Assembly (NCBI GenBank): GCA_038232935.1
Contig: JBBSMX010000002.1
Location: 9,231 to 73,230 of the forward strand
Length of the DNA: 64,000 nt
DNA from: Rhodothermales bacterium
Lineage (GTDB): Bacteria; Bacteroidota; Rhodothermia; Rhodothermales; JANQRZ01
Direction: 5' to 3'
Part shown: piece after piece, positions 1 through 9,853 of the stretch
Layout of the letters: every line of letters starts with the position of its first letter
How positions within the stretch are numbered: the stretch's first letter is position 1
Translations under genes and position numbers: made by a program
Notes under the pieces: generated by a model
What the model saw: only the letters and a program-made list of their open reading frames with translations
Databases searched by the model: none
Told to the model about the DNA's origin: nothing

Positions 1-2
1 TG

Positions 3-1166
3 GATCGCATCGCACAGTTCTACGCCTACGAGAATGCGCCCGTCCACCGCGGCGTCTACGAGCTAAGCGCGAAGGCCACGGATTTCTACGAACAGGCGCG
101 GCAGAGGGTCGGCGCATTTGTCGGGGCCGGGGCCGAGTGGGTCGTGTTCACGCGGGGGACGACGGAGGGGCTGAACCTGATCGCCCGGTCGTGGGCCGAA
201 GACCGGCTCGGGCCGGGCGACGAACTGCTCGTCTCGCCGCAGGAACACCACTCGAACTTCCTCCCGTGGCAGGAGCTTGCGAAGCGAACCGGCACCACAC
301 TCCACTATCTGCCGTTGCACGACGACGCGACGATAAGCGTGAGCGCAGCGCTCAAACTGATCGGGCGGCGGACGAAGCTCGTGGCGATGGCCCACGTCTC
401 GAACGTGCTCGGCGTCGAGAACCCCGTGCGCGAGGTGTTCGCCGCAGCGCGGAAAGTGGGCGCACTCACCGTACTCGACGGCGCGCAGAGCGTCCCGACG
501 AGACCCGTCGACGTGCACGACCTCGGCTGCGACGTACTCGCCTTCAGCGGCCACAAGATGCTCGGGCCTACGGGGATCGGCGTGCTCGTGGCGCGGCCCG
601 AGGTGCTGGCGGAGATGACTCCGTATCAGACCGGCGGCGGGATGATCGAGTCCGTCGCCGTCGAGGGCTCGACGTTTCTCGAAGGCTTCCACCGGTTCGA
701 GGCGGGGACGCCCCACGCGGCGGGGGCTGTCGGCCTCGCGGCGGCGTGCGATTACCTCGACCGGATGAGCTACGACGGAGAGACGGGCATGGCGGCCGTC
801 GCCGCCTACGAACGCGACTGGGGCCACCATGCCGTCGAACAGGTGAGGGCGATCCCCGGCGTCCGGCTCGTCGGCCCGCCCGGCGACGCTGAAGCCGAGG
901 GCGGGATCGTCGCGCTGCAGATGAAGGGCCTGCACCCGCACGACCTCGCCGTGCTACTCGACGCACAGGGCGTGATGTGCCGCGCCGGCCACCACTGCAC
1001 GATGCCGCTCCACGCCCACCTCTCTGCCGACGGCTCCTACCCGGCAACCTCGCTCCGCGCGAGCGCCTACGTCTACAACCCGCTCGCCGACGCCGACCGC
1101 CTCGCCGACGCGCTCCGCTTCGCCCACGCCGCGCTCACAAAGCGGCGCACCGTATCGGTAGACTGA
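3..1166 (+). CDS. sufS: cysteine desulfurase, SufS/CsdA-type (5' end lies left of the window)
   Basis: Frame 3 is open from base 3 (DRIAQFYAYENAPVHRGVYELS...) and runs into ORF 144..1166. PLP-lysine motif SGHKMLGPTGIG and active-site loop RAGHHCTMP are present. Confidence 0.85.
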   Translation, partial: DRIAQFYAYENAPVHRGVYELSAKATDFYEQARQRVGAFVGAGAEWVVFTRGTTEGLNLIARSWAEDRLGPGDELLVSPQEHHSNFLPWQELAKRTGTTLHYLPLHDDATISVSAALKLIGRRTKLVAMAHVSNVLGVENPVREVFAAARKVGALTVLDGAQSVPTRPVDVHDLGCDVLAFSGHKMLGPTGIGVLVARPEVLAEMTPYQTGGGMIESVAVEGSTFLEGFHRFEAGTPHAAGAVGLAAACDYLDRMSYDGETGMAAVAAYERDWGHHAVEQVRAIPGVRLVGPPGDAEAEGGIVALQMKGLHPHDLAVLLDAQGVMCRAGHHCTMPLHAHLSADGSYPATSLRASAYVYNPLADADRLADALRFAHAALTKRRTVSVD

Positions 1167-1347
1167 CCGGCGGCGGAGGGATCAGGCGAAAGGGTGCGAA
1201 TTCGCGCGAGACCAGGGGTTCTGCGCAAACCTAGGTTGTGGAGCTGTTACGCTGCGTGGCAATGAAGAGGCCGCCCGAGGACTGGCATGGACTCTGCCAT
1301 CCGATGCTGCACAACCCACCCACGGCCTCCCACTCGCACTCGTTTTC

Positions 1348-1800
1348 ATGGCTCACTTCGCCGCCGAACGCTCCCCTTCGACCCCGCATCGCGTCCTCGA
1401 ACGGGCGCTCAGAAACCCGTCCTCGACCATCTGGCTCGGCCACGTGTGCGTGACCACTACGCGGTTCGAGGAGGCGCTCGGGTTCTATTCCGGGATGCTC
1501 GGCCTCTCGCTTCGGACCGTCGAGCGGCACCCGCTCTACTTCGACCGGCTGCGGGCGGTGCTCATCGACGCCGAGGGGCAGGATGTGATCGAGATCGTCG
1601 AGGCCCACGATGCGATGAAGCCGGAGACGAACGATCCCGTCGTGAACCGGATTGGCTTTCGGCTGCCGCTGCGCTCGTGGCAGGCCCTCCGCTCCCGCCT
1701 CGACGCCCATGACGTGCCGTACGAGCAGGCCGACGGCTCCCTCTCCCTCAGTGACCCCGACGGCATCCTGCTGCGCATCGAGCCGCTCGGCATGTGCTGA
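1348..1800 (+). CDS. VOC/glyoxalase-bleomycin resistance family protein
   Basis: 150 aa. Typical VOC N-terminal pattern (LGHVCVTTTRFEEALGFYSGMLGL) and size. Confidence 0.6.
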   Translation: MAHFAAERSPSTPHRVLERALRNPSSTIWLGHVCVTTTRFEEALGFYSGMLGLSLRTVERHPLYFDRLRAVLIDAEGQDVIEIVEAHDAMKPETNDPVVNRIGFRLPLRSWQALRSRLDAHDVPYEQADGSLSLSDPDGILLRIEPLGMC

Positions 1801-1827
1801 CCCGTTCGGCCGAACGCGCTGCCGCGC

Positions 1828-2784
1828 TTACCAGCTCCCCGAAGCCCCGCCGCCGCCGGACGAGCCGCCGCCCCCGCTGAATCCGCCCCCGCTGCTGCCG
1901 AATCCGCCGTTGCTCGACGACGAGCCGCCGACGCTGAACGCGACGCCGCCGATGCGCACCTTCGTCGTCTTCCCCTTCTTCGTAGCCTTTGCGACCCGCT
2001 CCCGCACGGCGCGCCACTTCGGGGACCGGCTCATGTACACGTCGGCTAGGATGTAGCCCAGCAGGAAGAGCGGGGGAACTCCCAGCCCATACGGCCACGG
2101 CACGACGAACGCCGAGCCCGCCCCGATGAAGAGCAGGAGGAACACCAGCGTGAAGTAGCGCCCCCAGCCGGGCACGAAGAGCGTGCGCGCGGCGAGATAC
2201 CCGGGGAGTAGCACGTGCGTGCAGCCGAAGAGCAGGCGGATCGGCCACGGGAGACCGTCACTCGGGGACTCGTCCTCCGGCGGCTCGTACGTTCCGTCGA
2301 CGGTGCCGAGGATGGCGCTGACTCCGGAGAGCGTGCCGCCGTCGTAGTCGCCGTTGCGGAAGGCGGGGACGAACTCGCTGCGGATGATGCGGCCGGCGCG
2401 GGAGTCGGTGAGCGTGCCTTCGAGCCCGTAGCCCACCTCGATCCGCATCTCGCGCTCGTCGCGGGCGATGAGCACGAGGACGCCGTTGTCGCGGTCGGCC
2501 TGCCCGAGCTCCCACGTGTTGAACACGCGCGAGGCGAGTTGTTCGACGGCCTCGCCCTCCAGCGATGGCACCGTCAGCACGACGACCTGATTCGCCGTCG
2601 ATTGCTCGAAGCTCGCGAGCAGGTCCGTGAGCGTCCGCTCGGTCGCGTCCGAAAGCACGTCGGCGCGGTCCACGACGCGGCCCGAGAGGCGCGGCACCGC
2701 CTGCTGAGCGTGCGCGGCGACGGCGAGCAGCAGGGAAACGGCGCAGCACCTCGCCAACACCCCTATGCCACGGGCGCTTTTCAT
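1828..2784 (-). CDS. TPM-domain protein (YgcG-like), secreted/membrane, Gly/Ser-rich tail
   Basis: Internal ATG at 2784 gives MKSARGIGVLARCC..AHAQQ signal peptide. TPM-like core (RVVDRADVLS...QVVVLTVPSLEGE...GVLVLIARDEREMRIEVGYGLEG), then TM segments and a GGSSSSNGGFGSSGGGF tail. The upstream part of the 494-aa ORF is Arg/Pro junk. Confidence 0.7.
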   Translation of the reverse strand: MKSARGIGVLARCCAVSLLLAVAAHAQQAVPRLSGRVVDRADVLSDATERTLTDLLASFEQSTANQVVVLTVPSLEGEAVEQLASRVFNTWELGQADRDNGVLVLIARDEREMRIEVGYGLEGTLTDSRAGRIIRSEFVPAFRNGDYDGGTLSGVSAILGTVDGTYEPPEDESPSDGLPWPIRLLFGCTHVLLPGYLAARTLFVPGWGRYFTLVFLLLFIGAGSAFVVPWPYGLGVPPLFLLGYILADVYMSRSPKWRAVRERVAKATKKGKTTKVRIGGVAFSVGGSSSSNGGFGSSGGGFSGGGGSSGGGGASGSW

Positions 2785-3440
2785 TCCTTCCGCAGCCGGA
2801 CGTTGTCCGGGAGTTCGTCCGTGTCGTCGGGGCGGACGGCGACGCCTTTTTGTTCGAGCAGCCGGCCGCACATCCCGATGGCTTCGACGAGGCCGTCGGC
2901 GAAGTGGTCGTGCTGGATGCCGCGCCGAATCGTGTCCACGACCTCGATCCACTCGTCCGCCGTCACCTGCGCGTTGATACCGGCATCGCCGAGGACCTCG
3001 ATGCGGTGCTCGAAGAGGGAGACGAAGAGCAGGATGCCCGTCCGCTCGCGGGTGTGGAAGACCTCCTCTTCGAGGAACGCGAGCGAGGCGCGGCGGTGGA
3101 CGTTCCGGGCCATCAGCGCCGTCCCGACAAAAACCCGCTTGAGCGGGGCGACCGCCGCTGTCAGCACGGCCCCCGCGACGCCGGCGACGGAGACGAGCAG
3201 CGCCATCCCCCAGCTCGTGAAGAGCCAGCCGAGGCCCCATCCGCTGTACACCTGGAGCACGAGCACTGCGACGGCCATCGCCCCCAGCGCCGCCGCCGAG
3301 GCCCCACGCCATACGGCCACCTCGTAGCTCCCGCTCCGCTCGACGATGTAGGGCACGATCTCGCCGGAGGTCCGCCGCTCCGCCTCGCCCACGGCAGCGC
3401 GGATGCGTTCGAGGTCGGCATCGGTGAGATTGGCGGACAT
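2781..3440 (-). CDS. TPM-domain membrane protein (DUF477-like)
   Basis: MSANLTDADLERIRAAV..., two TM helices, RERTGILLFVSLFEHRIEVLGDAGI core. Its stop overlaps the start of the next TPM gene by 4 nt (ATGA). ATG 3440 preferred over the non-ATG start at 3470. Confidence 0.65.
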   Translation of the reverse strand: MSANLTDADLERIRAAVGEAERRTSGEIVPYIVERSGSYEVAVWRGASAAALGAMAVAVLVLQVYSGWGLGWLFTSWGMALLVSVAGVAGAVLTAAVAPLKRVFVGTALMARNVHRRASLAFLEEEVFHTRERTGILLFVSLFEHRIEVLGDAGINAQVTADEWIEVVDTIRRGIQHDHFADGLVEAIGMCGRLLEQKGVAVRPDDTDELPDNVRLRKE

Positions 3441-3525
3441 GGCTTTGAAAGGGTGAAGGGTAAATGACAAAGGGTGAAAGAAAACTACGTCGGTCGAGTC
3501 AGAGCCTTTTACCCTTCCTCTCCCT

Positions 3526-6474
3526 TTACCCTTCAGGAAGAAGCACCACCTGCACGTAGCGGCTCTGGCGAAGGTAGTACTGCGCCGCTCCCCGCAGCGC
3601 GCCGTACGTCAGCTCCTCGATCAGATCCGTCCGGTCGAGGTAGTCCAGCGGTGCTTCGCCGTAGCGGTAGGCGGCGGCGAGGGCACCGAGCCACGCCTCG
3701 TTCTCGCGGCGGGCCAGCTCCTGCTCGCGGCGGTCGGCCTCCTTCACCTTCGCGAGGGCGTCGTCCGGCCCGTCCTGCCTGAACGTGTCGATCACCTCGA
3801 AGACGGCGGATGTCAGCTCGTCCACCCGGTCCGGGTCGCTGCCGAAGCCGATGGAGATCGTGTAGGTGCCGAGCATCCGGTCCACGCTCGCGTTCACCCC
3901 GACGCCGTAGACGCCGCCCCGGTCCTCGCGCAGATCCTCGCGCAGCCGGATGCTGAGCGCGTCGGCGAGCGCACCGAGGAGGTAGCGCTCCGAGCGCGCC
4001 GCTTCGTGCCGCGCCGTGTACACCGAGTCGGCCACAGGCACCCACACGTCGTCGATGAGCAGGCTGTCGGCGTAGTTGAGCGTGTCGATCCGCACGTCGA
4101 GCTGACCGCTGAAGACGAGTTGGACGCGCGCCTTCGGCTCGATCCCGCGCTGCACGACTTTCTTGACGACGCCTTCGGGCGTGCGCACGCCGAGGTCGCG
4201 GGGCTCCTCCTCCCGCCCCGCCGCCGGGAGCGTCGCGAGGTACTGCCGGACGAGCGGCTCGATCTCGGCCGGCTCGAACGCGCCGACGAACACGAACGTG
4301 AAGTCGCTCGCGTCGCGGAAGCGGTCCCGGTAGAAGGCGAGCGACTCGTCGAGGTCGAGTTGGGGGATCGTCTCCAGCGTGAACGGCCGGCGGCGCGGGT
4401 GGTGCTGCGCGAGCGTCACCTGCAGCGTGTCCGAAAAGGCGGCTTCGGGCCGCGCGCTCCGGTTCTGCAGCACGCCCGCAATCCGTTGTTTGAACGCCTC
4501 GAACGCGTCGGCGTCCCGACGCGGCGCCGTGACGTAAAGGTGGATGAGTTGGAAGAGGGTTTCGAGATCCTCCGGCGACGCGCTGCCGACGAGCCCCTCC
4601 TCGCGCTCGTCCACGAAGGGCCGCACGCTCACCTCCTGCCCCGCGAGTTTCTTGTCGAGGTCGGTCGCGCTGAAGCTGCCGACACCGCCGAGGCTCACGA
4701 CGGCCGACGCCTGCTCGGCCGAGCGGAACGCGCTATCGGGCGCGAGGGACGTGCCGCCGGGGCTGAACGCGGAGAACAGCACCTCGTCGTTCTTGAAGTC
4801 CGTCGGCTTGAGCACGACGCGGACGTCGTTGTCGAGGACGAGTTCGGTGATGCCCGTCCCGTCTTCGTACACCGACGTCGTCCGAATCCCGCCGGGCGCG
4901 GGCGGGCTCGCCACGAGTGGCTCGGCCGAGACGGCGTCCGTGTACGACTCGATCTCCTTCCTCTCGACCGCCGCGTACACGGCCCGGAGATCCGCTTCCG
5001 TCGGCACCGGTACGCCTTCTTTCTCCGGCGCACTCACGAGAATCACGCGGTTCGCTTCCCCGACCACCGCGTCGGCGAGCGCGTCCAGGTCGCCGAGCGT
5101 GATCGACGGGAGGAGCGTCTGCACGAGCTCGTACTCGCGCGCGATGCCCGCCGCGGGCTCCCCTTCGAGAAAGAGGCTGACGTACTCGCCGGCGAACGAG
5201 CGCGACTCGGTCTTGTCGCGCTCGTTGAACGCCACCTCGTACTCGCGCCGCACGTCGGCCTTCGCGCGCTCCAGCTCGGACGCGGTGAACCCGTGGCGCT
5301 CGACACGCGCGGCCTCGGTCAAGAGCGCCTCCAGCCCGGTCGGCACGCCGCCGTCGGTCACGACGGCCTGCATCACGTAGAGATCGCTCGGTCGGGCGAA
5401 CCCGAATTTCCCGGTGAACGCGCCGAGGTAGGGCGCGTCGGGCCGCTGCGTCAGTTCGTAGAGACGGTCGTTGAGCATCCGGTTGTAGAGCCGGTCCATG
5501 AGCAGGCGGCGGAATGCTGCCACGTCGCCGCTCCGGTCCGCCGGCTCTTTGTAGAGCACGGCGACGCCCGTCGTCGTCAGCTCCGGGTCGGTGGCGATGG
5601 CGAAGCGGGTCTCGTCGTGGCCGGGCACGTCGAACGCCGGACGCGGTGCCTCGTCGGTCGGATTCGTGAGGCCGCCGAACGTCTCGCGGATCGTTTGCTC
5701 GACGGCGTCCGGGTCGAAGTCACCGACGGCGACGACAGCCATGAGGTCCGGGCGGTACCATGTGCGGTAGAACCGCCGCAGGGTTTCGTACGGCGCATTC
5801 CGCAGCACCTCCGGGTCGCCGATGGGCAGGCGCTCGGCGTAGCGCGAGCCGCCGAAGAGGATGGGGAACTGCTCGTCGTTGATGCGCGCCTGCGCCCCGC
5901 GCCCGAGCCGCCACTCCTCCAGCACCACGCCGCGCTCCTTGTCGATCTCCTCGTCCTCGAACGTCACGGCCGACGCCCACTCCTTCAGCACGTCGAAGCC
6001 GGTATCGAGCAGCGCCGCGCTGTCGGTGGGGACCTGGAGGAGGTAGACCGTCTCGTCGAACGAGGTGTACGCGTTGAGGTCCGGCCCGAAGCGCATCCCG
6101 ATGCCTTCGAGGTAGTTCACGAGCTCCTGCTTCTCGAAACGCTCGGTCCCGTTGAACGCCATGTGCTCGACGAAGTGGGCGAGCCCGCGCTGGTCCTCGT
6201 CTTCGAGCACGGACCCGGCGTTGACGGCGAGCCGGAGCTCGGCGCGGTCGCGGGGCTCCGCATTCCGCCGGACATAGTACGTCAGCCCGTTCGGCAGCGT
6301 CCCCGTCCGCACGGACGGGTCGACCCCGACCGGCTCGGCGAGGAACGCCGGGTCGAGCATGGACGGCGGCGGCTCCGCCGGCGGCTGCGCGACCCGTTCG
6401 GACGACGAGCAGGCCGCGAGGCCGAGGAACAGCAGAAGCGAGAGAAGGTGTAGTCGTCGGTGCATCGGAAGCAT
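3526..6474 (-). CDS. M16 (pitrilysin/insulinase) family zinc peptidase, lipoprotein-type signal
   Basis: 982 aa. Inverted zinc motif HFVEHMAFNGT (HxxEH), LGLAACSSS lipobox. The length fits a double active/inactive M16 pair. Confidence 0.85.
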   Translation of the reverse strand: MLPMHRRLHLLSLLLFLGLAACSSSERVAQPPAEPPPSMLDPAFLAEPVGVDPSVRTGTLPNGLTYYVRRNAEPRDRAELRLAVNAGSVLEDEDQRGLAHFVEHMAFNGTERFEKQELVNYLEGIGMRFGPDLNAYTSFDETVYLLQVPTDSAALLDTGFDVLKEWASAVTFEDEEIDKERGVVLEEWRLGRGAQARINDEQFPILFGGSRYAERLPIGDPEVLRNAPYETLRRFYRTWYRPDLMAVVAVGDFDPDAVEQTIRETFGGLTNPTDEAPRPAFDVPGHDETRFAIATDPELTTTGVAVLYKEPADRSGDVAAFRRLLMDRLYNRMLNDRLYELTQRPDAPYLGAFTGKFGFARPSDLYVMQAVVTDGGVPTGLEALLTEAARVERHGFTASELERAKADVRREYEVAFNERDKTESRSFAGEYVSLFLEGEPAAGIAREYELVQTLLPSITLGDLDALADAVVGEANRVILVSAPEKEGVPVPTEADLRAVYAAVERKEIESYTDAVSAEPLVASPPAPGGIRTTSVYEDGTGITELVLDNDVRVVLKPTDFKNDEVLFSAFSPGGTSLAPDSAFRSAEQASAVVSLGGVGSFSATDLDKKLAGQEVSVRPFVDEREEGLVGSASPEDLETLFQLIHLYVTAPRRDADAFEAFKQRIAGVLQNRSARPEAAFSDTLQVTLAQHHPRRRPFTLETIPQLDLDESLAFYRDRFRDASDFTFVFVGAFEPAEIEPLVRQYLATLPAAGREEEPRDLGVRTPEGVVKKVVQRGIEPKARVQLVFSGQLDVRIDTLNYADSLLIDDVWVPVADSVYTARHEAARSERYLLGALADALSIRLREDLREDRGGVYGVGVNASVDRMLGTYTISIGFGSDPDRVDELTSAVFEVIDTFRQDGPDDALAKVKEADRREQELARRENEAWLGALAAAYRYGEAPLDYLDRTDLIEELTYGALRGAAQYYLRQSRYVQVVLLPEG

Positions 6475-6547
6475 CGGTGGTGGAAGCGAGCCGGAGTGTG
6501 AAGCGTTGCCTGGTGCCTAAAGCTACAACGAGCAACCCGCCCGGTCA

Positions 6548-7189
6548 TTACGCCCCGCCCGACCGGTGGAGGCGGCGGGTGAGGAGGGTGTAGACGAGCA
6601 GGCTCCCCACCGAGAGCGCCACCGAGACCCCGATCAACCGCAGCGCCGCGGCCTCGCCCCCCGCCTGGTTCAGCCGAGAGAAGATGGCGAGGGGGATCGT
6701 CTGCGTCCGGCCGGGGATGTTGCCCGCCACCACGATCGTCGCGCCGAACTCGCCGAGCGCGCGGGCGAAGGCGAGCGCGGCCCCCGCGGCGATCCCCCGC
6801 GCAGCGAGCGGGAGCGTCACGTGGAGGAATACGCCCCACCGCGTCGCGCCGTCCACGAACCCGGCCTCTTCCCATTCCACGTCCACGGCCTCGAACGCAA
6901 CGCGGGCCGTCTGCACGAGGAGCGGGAAGCCCATCACCCCGGCCGCGCACGCGGCGGCAATCCACGAAAATGCGACGTTGCCGGAGAACAGCACGAGCAG
7001 CCCATACCCCGTCACGACGGGCGGAAGGACCAGCGGTAGTTGGACGAGGTTCTCGACGAGAAGCGGCACGGGCACGAGCCGCCGGGCGAGCCCATACGCC
7101 ACTGCCACTCCGAGCGGCAGGCTCACCGCCGTCGCAACGGCGGCGACGCGCAGCGAGAGCAGGACCGCCTCCCACTCCGCCCCGCTCAC
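6548..7189 (-). CDS. modB: molybdate ABC transporter permease
   Basis: The in-frame GTG at 7189 overlaps the modA stop (GTGA). Permease EAA-like loop FARALGEFGATIVVAGNIPGRTQT. The upstream part of the 384-aa ORF is junk. Confidence 0.8.
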   Translation of the reverse strand: MSGAEWEAVLLSLRVAAVATAVSLPLGVAVAYGLARRLVPVPLLVENLVQLPLVLPPVVTGYGLLVLFSGNVAFSWIAAACAAGVMGFPLLVQTARVAFEAVDVEWEEAGFVDGATRWGVFLHVTLPLAARGIAAGAALAFARALGEFGATIVVAGNIPGRTQTIPLAIFSRLNQAGGEAAALRLIGVSVALSVGSLLVYTLLTRRLHRSGGA

Positions 7190-8004
7190 GGCAGCACCTG
7201 CTCGGCGAGGGGCTCGAACCCGTACCGCCGCCACACCTCGACGCGCTTCGACTGCCGGACGAACTCGACGAACTCCAGCGCCCGGTTCGGGTGCTGCGTC
7301 CGGCGCGGGACGGCCACCATGTACCGGATACGGGGCTGTAACGCCTCCGGCCACTGGAGCAGCACGCGGACGTCGGACGCCGCGCGGGCATCCGACGCGT
7401 AGACGACCGCCACCGGAACGGCCCCCGTCTGCACCGCCGCCACTGCCGCCCGCACGTCGAGCGTCGGGACGATGCGCGAAGCGACGGCGTCCCAGAGCCC
7501 GGCCCGCTCCAGCCCTTCCTTCGCGTATTGCCCCGCCGGCACGCTCGCCGGGTCTGCCAGCGCGATCCGGTCGAAGCGGAGCAGGCCACCGGGGCCAGCG
7601 ATGGCCGAGGCGTCGGACGAGCCGATCACGACGAGACGGTTTCCGACGACGGCACGGGCCGGGTAGCGTAGCAAGCCTTTGTCGGCGAGGTAGTCCGTCC
7701 ACTCCGAGCTAGCCGCGAAAAACACGTCGGCCGGGGCACCCTGTTCGATCTGCCGGGCCAGCATCGACGTCGCCGCCGTGTTGATGACGAGATCCACGCC
7801 CGGATAGGCCGCCTCGAACTCGGTTTTCAGCTCGCTCATCACGTCGGTGAGCGACACGGCGGCGAAGACCGTTAACTCCTCCTGCTCTGCATGTGGGAAC
7901 AGGGCCGACACCGCGAGGAGGCCGAGGAATGCGAGCACCAGAGCACCTACCACGAGGAATCGGCGGCGGATCTGCCGGGCAGCGACGGACCGAGTGCGCG
8001 CCAC
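7186..8004 (-). CDS. modA: molybdate ABC transporter substrate-binding protein
   Basis: 272 aa, N-terminal TM/signal. ModA-like pattern (TVFAAVSLTDVM..., GAPADVFFAAS, VPAGQYAKEGL, YASDA). Confidence 0.8.
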   Translation of the reverse strand: MARTRSVAARQIRRRFLVVGALVLAFLGLLAVSALFPHAEQEELTVFAAVSLTDVMSELKTEFEAAYPGVDLVINTAATSMLARQIEQGAPADVFFAASSEWTDYLADKGLLRYPARAVVGNRLVVIGSSDASAIAGPGGLLRFDRIALADPASVPAGQYAKEGLERAGLWDAVASRIVPTLDVRAAVAAVQTGAVPVAVVYASDARAASDVRVLLQWPEALQPRIRYMVAVPRRTQHPNRALEFVEFVRQSKRVEVWRRYGFEPLAEQVLP

Positions 8005-8007
8005 CGG

Positions 8008-9147
8008 TTATCCGCTCGCGGTGCCGCCCTGCGCCGCCTGCATCCGCGCTAGCTCCTGCTCCGCTCGCTGGTGAACAGGATCGTCGCCCTCCGTCAGCCC
8101 GATCACCTTTTCGAACTGCTCCATCGCCTGGTCCACCCGGTTGATCTGCGCGAGCATCAGCCCGTAGTTGAAGTTGGCGCGGACGTGATCCGGATTCGTG
8201 GCGAGCACTTCTTTCACCGTCGCCACGGCACGCATCGGGTTCGTCTGATCGTTGAGGTAGGCCGTCGCGAGGTCCGTCTTGACGTCGAGGTCGTTCGGAT
8301 CGAGTTCGAGGGAACGCTCGTAGGTTGTGGCGGCGAGTTGGGCGTAGGTCGCGCGCTCCGGCCCCTGGGTGCGGAGCATCTGGGCGAGGTAGAGCGAGCC
8401 GGCGTCGGCCCACGCGAGGGCGGTCTGCTTGATCTCGGCGATCTCCTCCTGCACGACGGCAGCGCGGGAGAACGCCCCAGCCTGGGTGTAGAGCCCGGCG
8501 AGGGCCTCTTTCTTCGCAACCCGCTCCTCGTCACTCGTCGCCGCGGCGATTTCGTCTTCGAGCGACGCGGCCCGCGCCACGACCTCGTCCGGAAGCTGGT
8601 CCGGGGCGGCCTGCTGCGCGGCGGGTGTCGCGCCGGCGTTCGTAGTCTGCGCCGTGACGGAGCCGCTGTTCTGGCTGGCCCGCGTGATGAAGAACAGCAC
8701 GAGCACAACCGCTACCCCTATCCCGACAAGCGTGAGCGCCCGCTTGCCCGCGTCGGAATCGGGCCGCGCCCCGGCGACGGCCGTCGTCGCTTCCGGACGT
8801 GCGGGAGACGGCGACGGTGCCGGCACCACCGGTGTCGTCGCGACGACGGGCACGCTGCCCTCGGCCACGCCGGAGCCGTGGAGGGCGTGGCCGCACTGGT
8901 AGCAGAAGCGGGCGTAGTCCGGGTTCTTCGCGCCGCAGTGGACGCAGAACGGGCCAGAGGCTTCGCCCGCCGACGCGGCAGCTTCCGCAACCGAAGGCCC
9001 GGGCGCAGGCGTCACGGCTTCGGGCTCGGGCGCGTGCTCTCCCGGCGCAGCCGGGGTTTCGTCACTGAGGACGTGCCCGCAGAGGTCGCACTGGGCGGAG
9101 CCGGGCGCGAGCCGAGCACCGCAGGCGGGACAGACGGGAGGATTCAT
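8008..9147 (-). CDS. membrane-anchored double zinc-ribbon / TPR protein
   Basis: ATG at 9147 (MNPPVCPACG...CDLCG; second ribbon CVHCG...CYQCG), one TM helix (LVGIGVAVVLVLFFI), and a TPR-like C-terminal half. Confidence 0.55.
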   Translation of the reverse strand: MNPPVCPACGARLAPGSAQCDLCGHVLSDETPAAPGEHAPEPEAVTPAPGPSVAEAAASAGEASGPFCVHCGAKNPDYARFCYQCGHALHGSGVAEGSVPVVATTPVVPAPSPSPARPEATTAVAGARPDSDAGKRALTLVGIGVAVVLVLFFITRASQNSGSVTAQTTNAGATPAAQQAAPDQLPDEVVARAASLEDEIAAATSDEERVAKKEALAGLYTQAGAFSRAAVVQEEIAEIKQTALAWADAGSLYLAQMLRTQGPERATYAQLAATTYERSLELDPNDLDVKTDLATAYLNDQTNPMRAVATVKEVLATNPDHVRANFNYGLMLAQINRVDQAMEQFEKVIGLTEGDDPVHQRAEQELARMQAAQGGTASG

Positions 9148-9228
9148 ACAAAAACGCGGGGAGCCCGCGGTGTGCTGGGAAATCGTCGCCGAAAAGTACG
9201 AGGAGACCGCCCGCATCCCCAACCGATC

Positions 9229-9549
9229 CTACCGTTTCGCAGAAGCTTCGGCCACCGACTCCGCCGCGGTGCGCGCCTCGTTCACCACGCGCCGGAACTC
9301 CTGCGACGGTTTGAACGCCGGCACGAACTGGCGCGGCACCTCGATGGGCTCGTCGGTCTGCGGGTTGCGCGCCATGCGCGCCGCGCGCTCCCGCACCCGG
9401 AACGAACCGAAGCCTCGCAGCTCGACCGACGCGCCGGATTCGAGCGCCTCCATCACCGTGATCACGAAGCCATCCACCACAGCCTCCGTCTCCAACTTGG
9501 TCAGGCCCGTCCCTTCGGCGATGCGGTCCACGATATCAGCTTTCGTCAC
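9229..9549 (-). CDS. HU/IHF family DNA-binding protein
   Basis: 106 aa. MTKADIVDRIAE..., LRGFGSFRVRERAARMARNPQTDEPIEVP is the typical HU/IHF beta-arm. Confidence 0.85.
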   Translation of the reverse strand: MTKADIVDRIAEGTGLTKLETEAVVDGFVITVMEALESGASVELRGFGSFRVRERAARMARNPQTDEPIEVPRQFVPAFKPSQEFRRVVNEARTAAESVAEASAKR

Positions 9550-9853
9550 AGGAGCAGGAGTTGTAGAAGCAGGATCTGACGCCTCGAGCGCGTCAGTACC
9601 CGTCCTTCAGCCGGACTGGCGCGACCTCATGTGTTGCTTTAACAAGATAGCATATCTGAGGGTTTGTCCAAATTGCGTCGGGGATCACCTTGTCGATATG
9701 TTCATGTGATCCCCGTAGCGCCCTACCCCTTCCGCTGTGCATGCCCGTTTGGGAGTGCGCCGACACCGGCAGACGGCCGTCCTGATTTCTCTGCATTGCA
9801 GTCCCTAGCCTCTGCACCTACCTTCCGCCGGTCTTTTTCCTAGCCCTTCTCTT

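Noticed and set aside
1828-3312. N-terminal extensions of many track ORFs (for example 494 aa for the TPM protein; likewise 6548..7702, 13078.., 20284.., 22300..23103, 34532..35899, 35764..39990, 43184..44020, 45409..49026, 49381..50505)
   Set aside because: The extensions are Arg/Pro-rich. They overlap the neighbouring gene or spacer and precede an internal ATG/GTG that yields a proper signal peptide or a conserved N-terminus. I therefore used the internal starts.
4006-6453. 815-aa plus-strand ORF antisense to the M16 peptidase gene
   Set aside because: The translation is Arg/Glu/Asp/His/Pro-rich low complexity with no motifs. It fully overlaps a gene with clear HxxEH peptidase signatures. 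This is a typical shadow ORF of GC-rich DNA.
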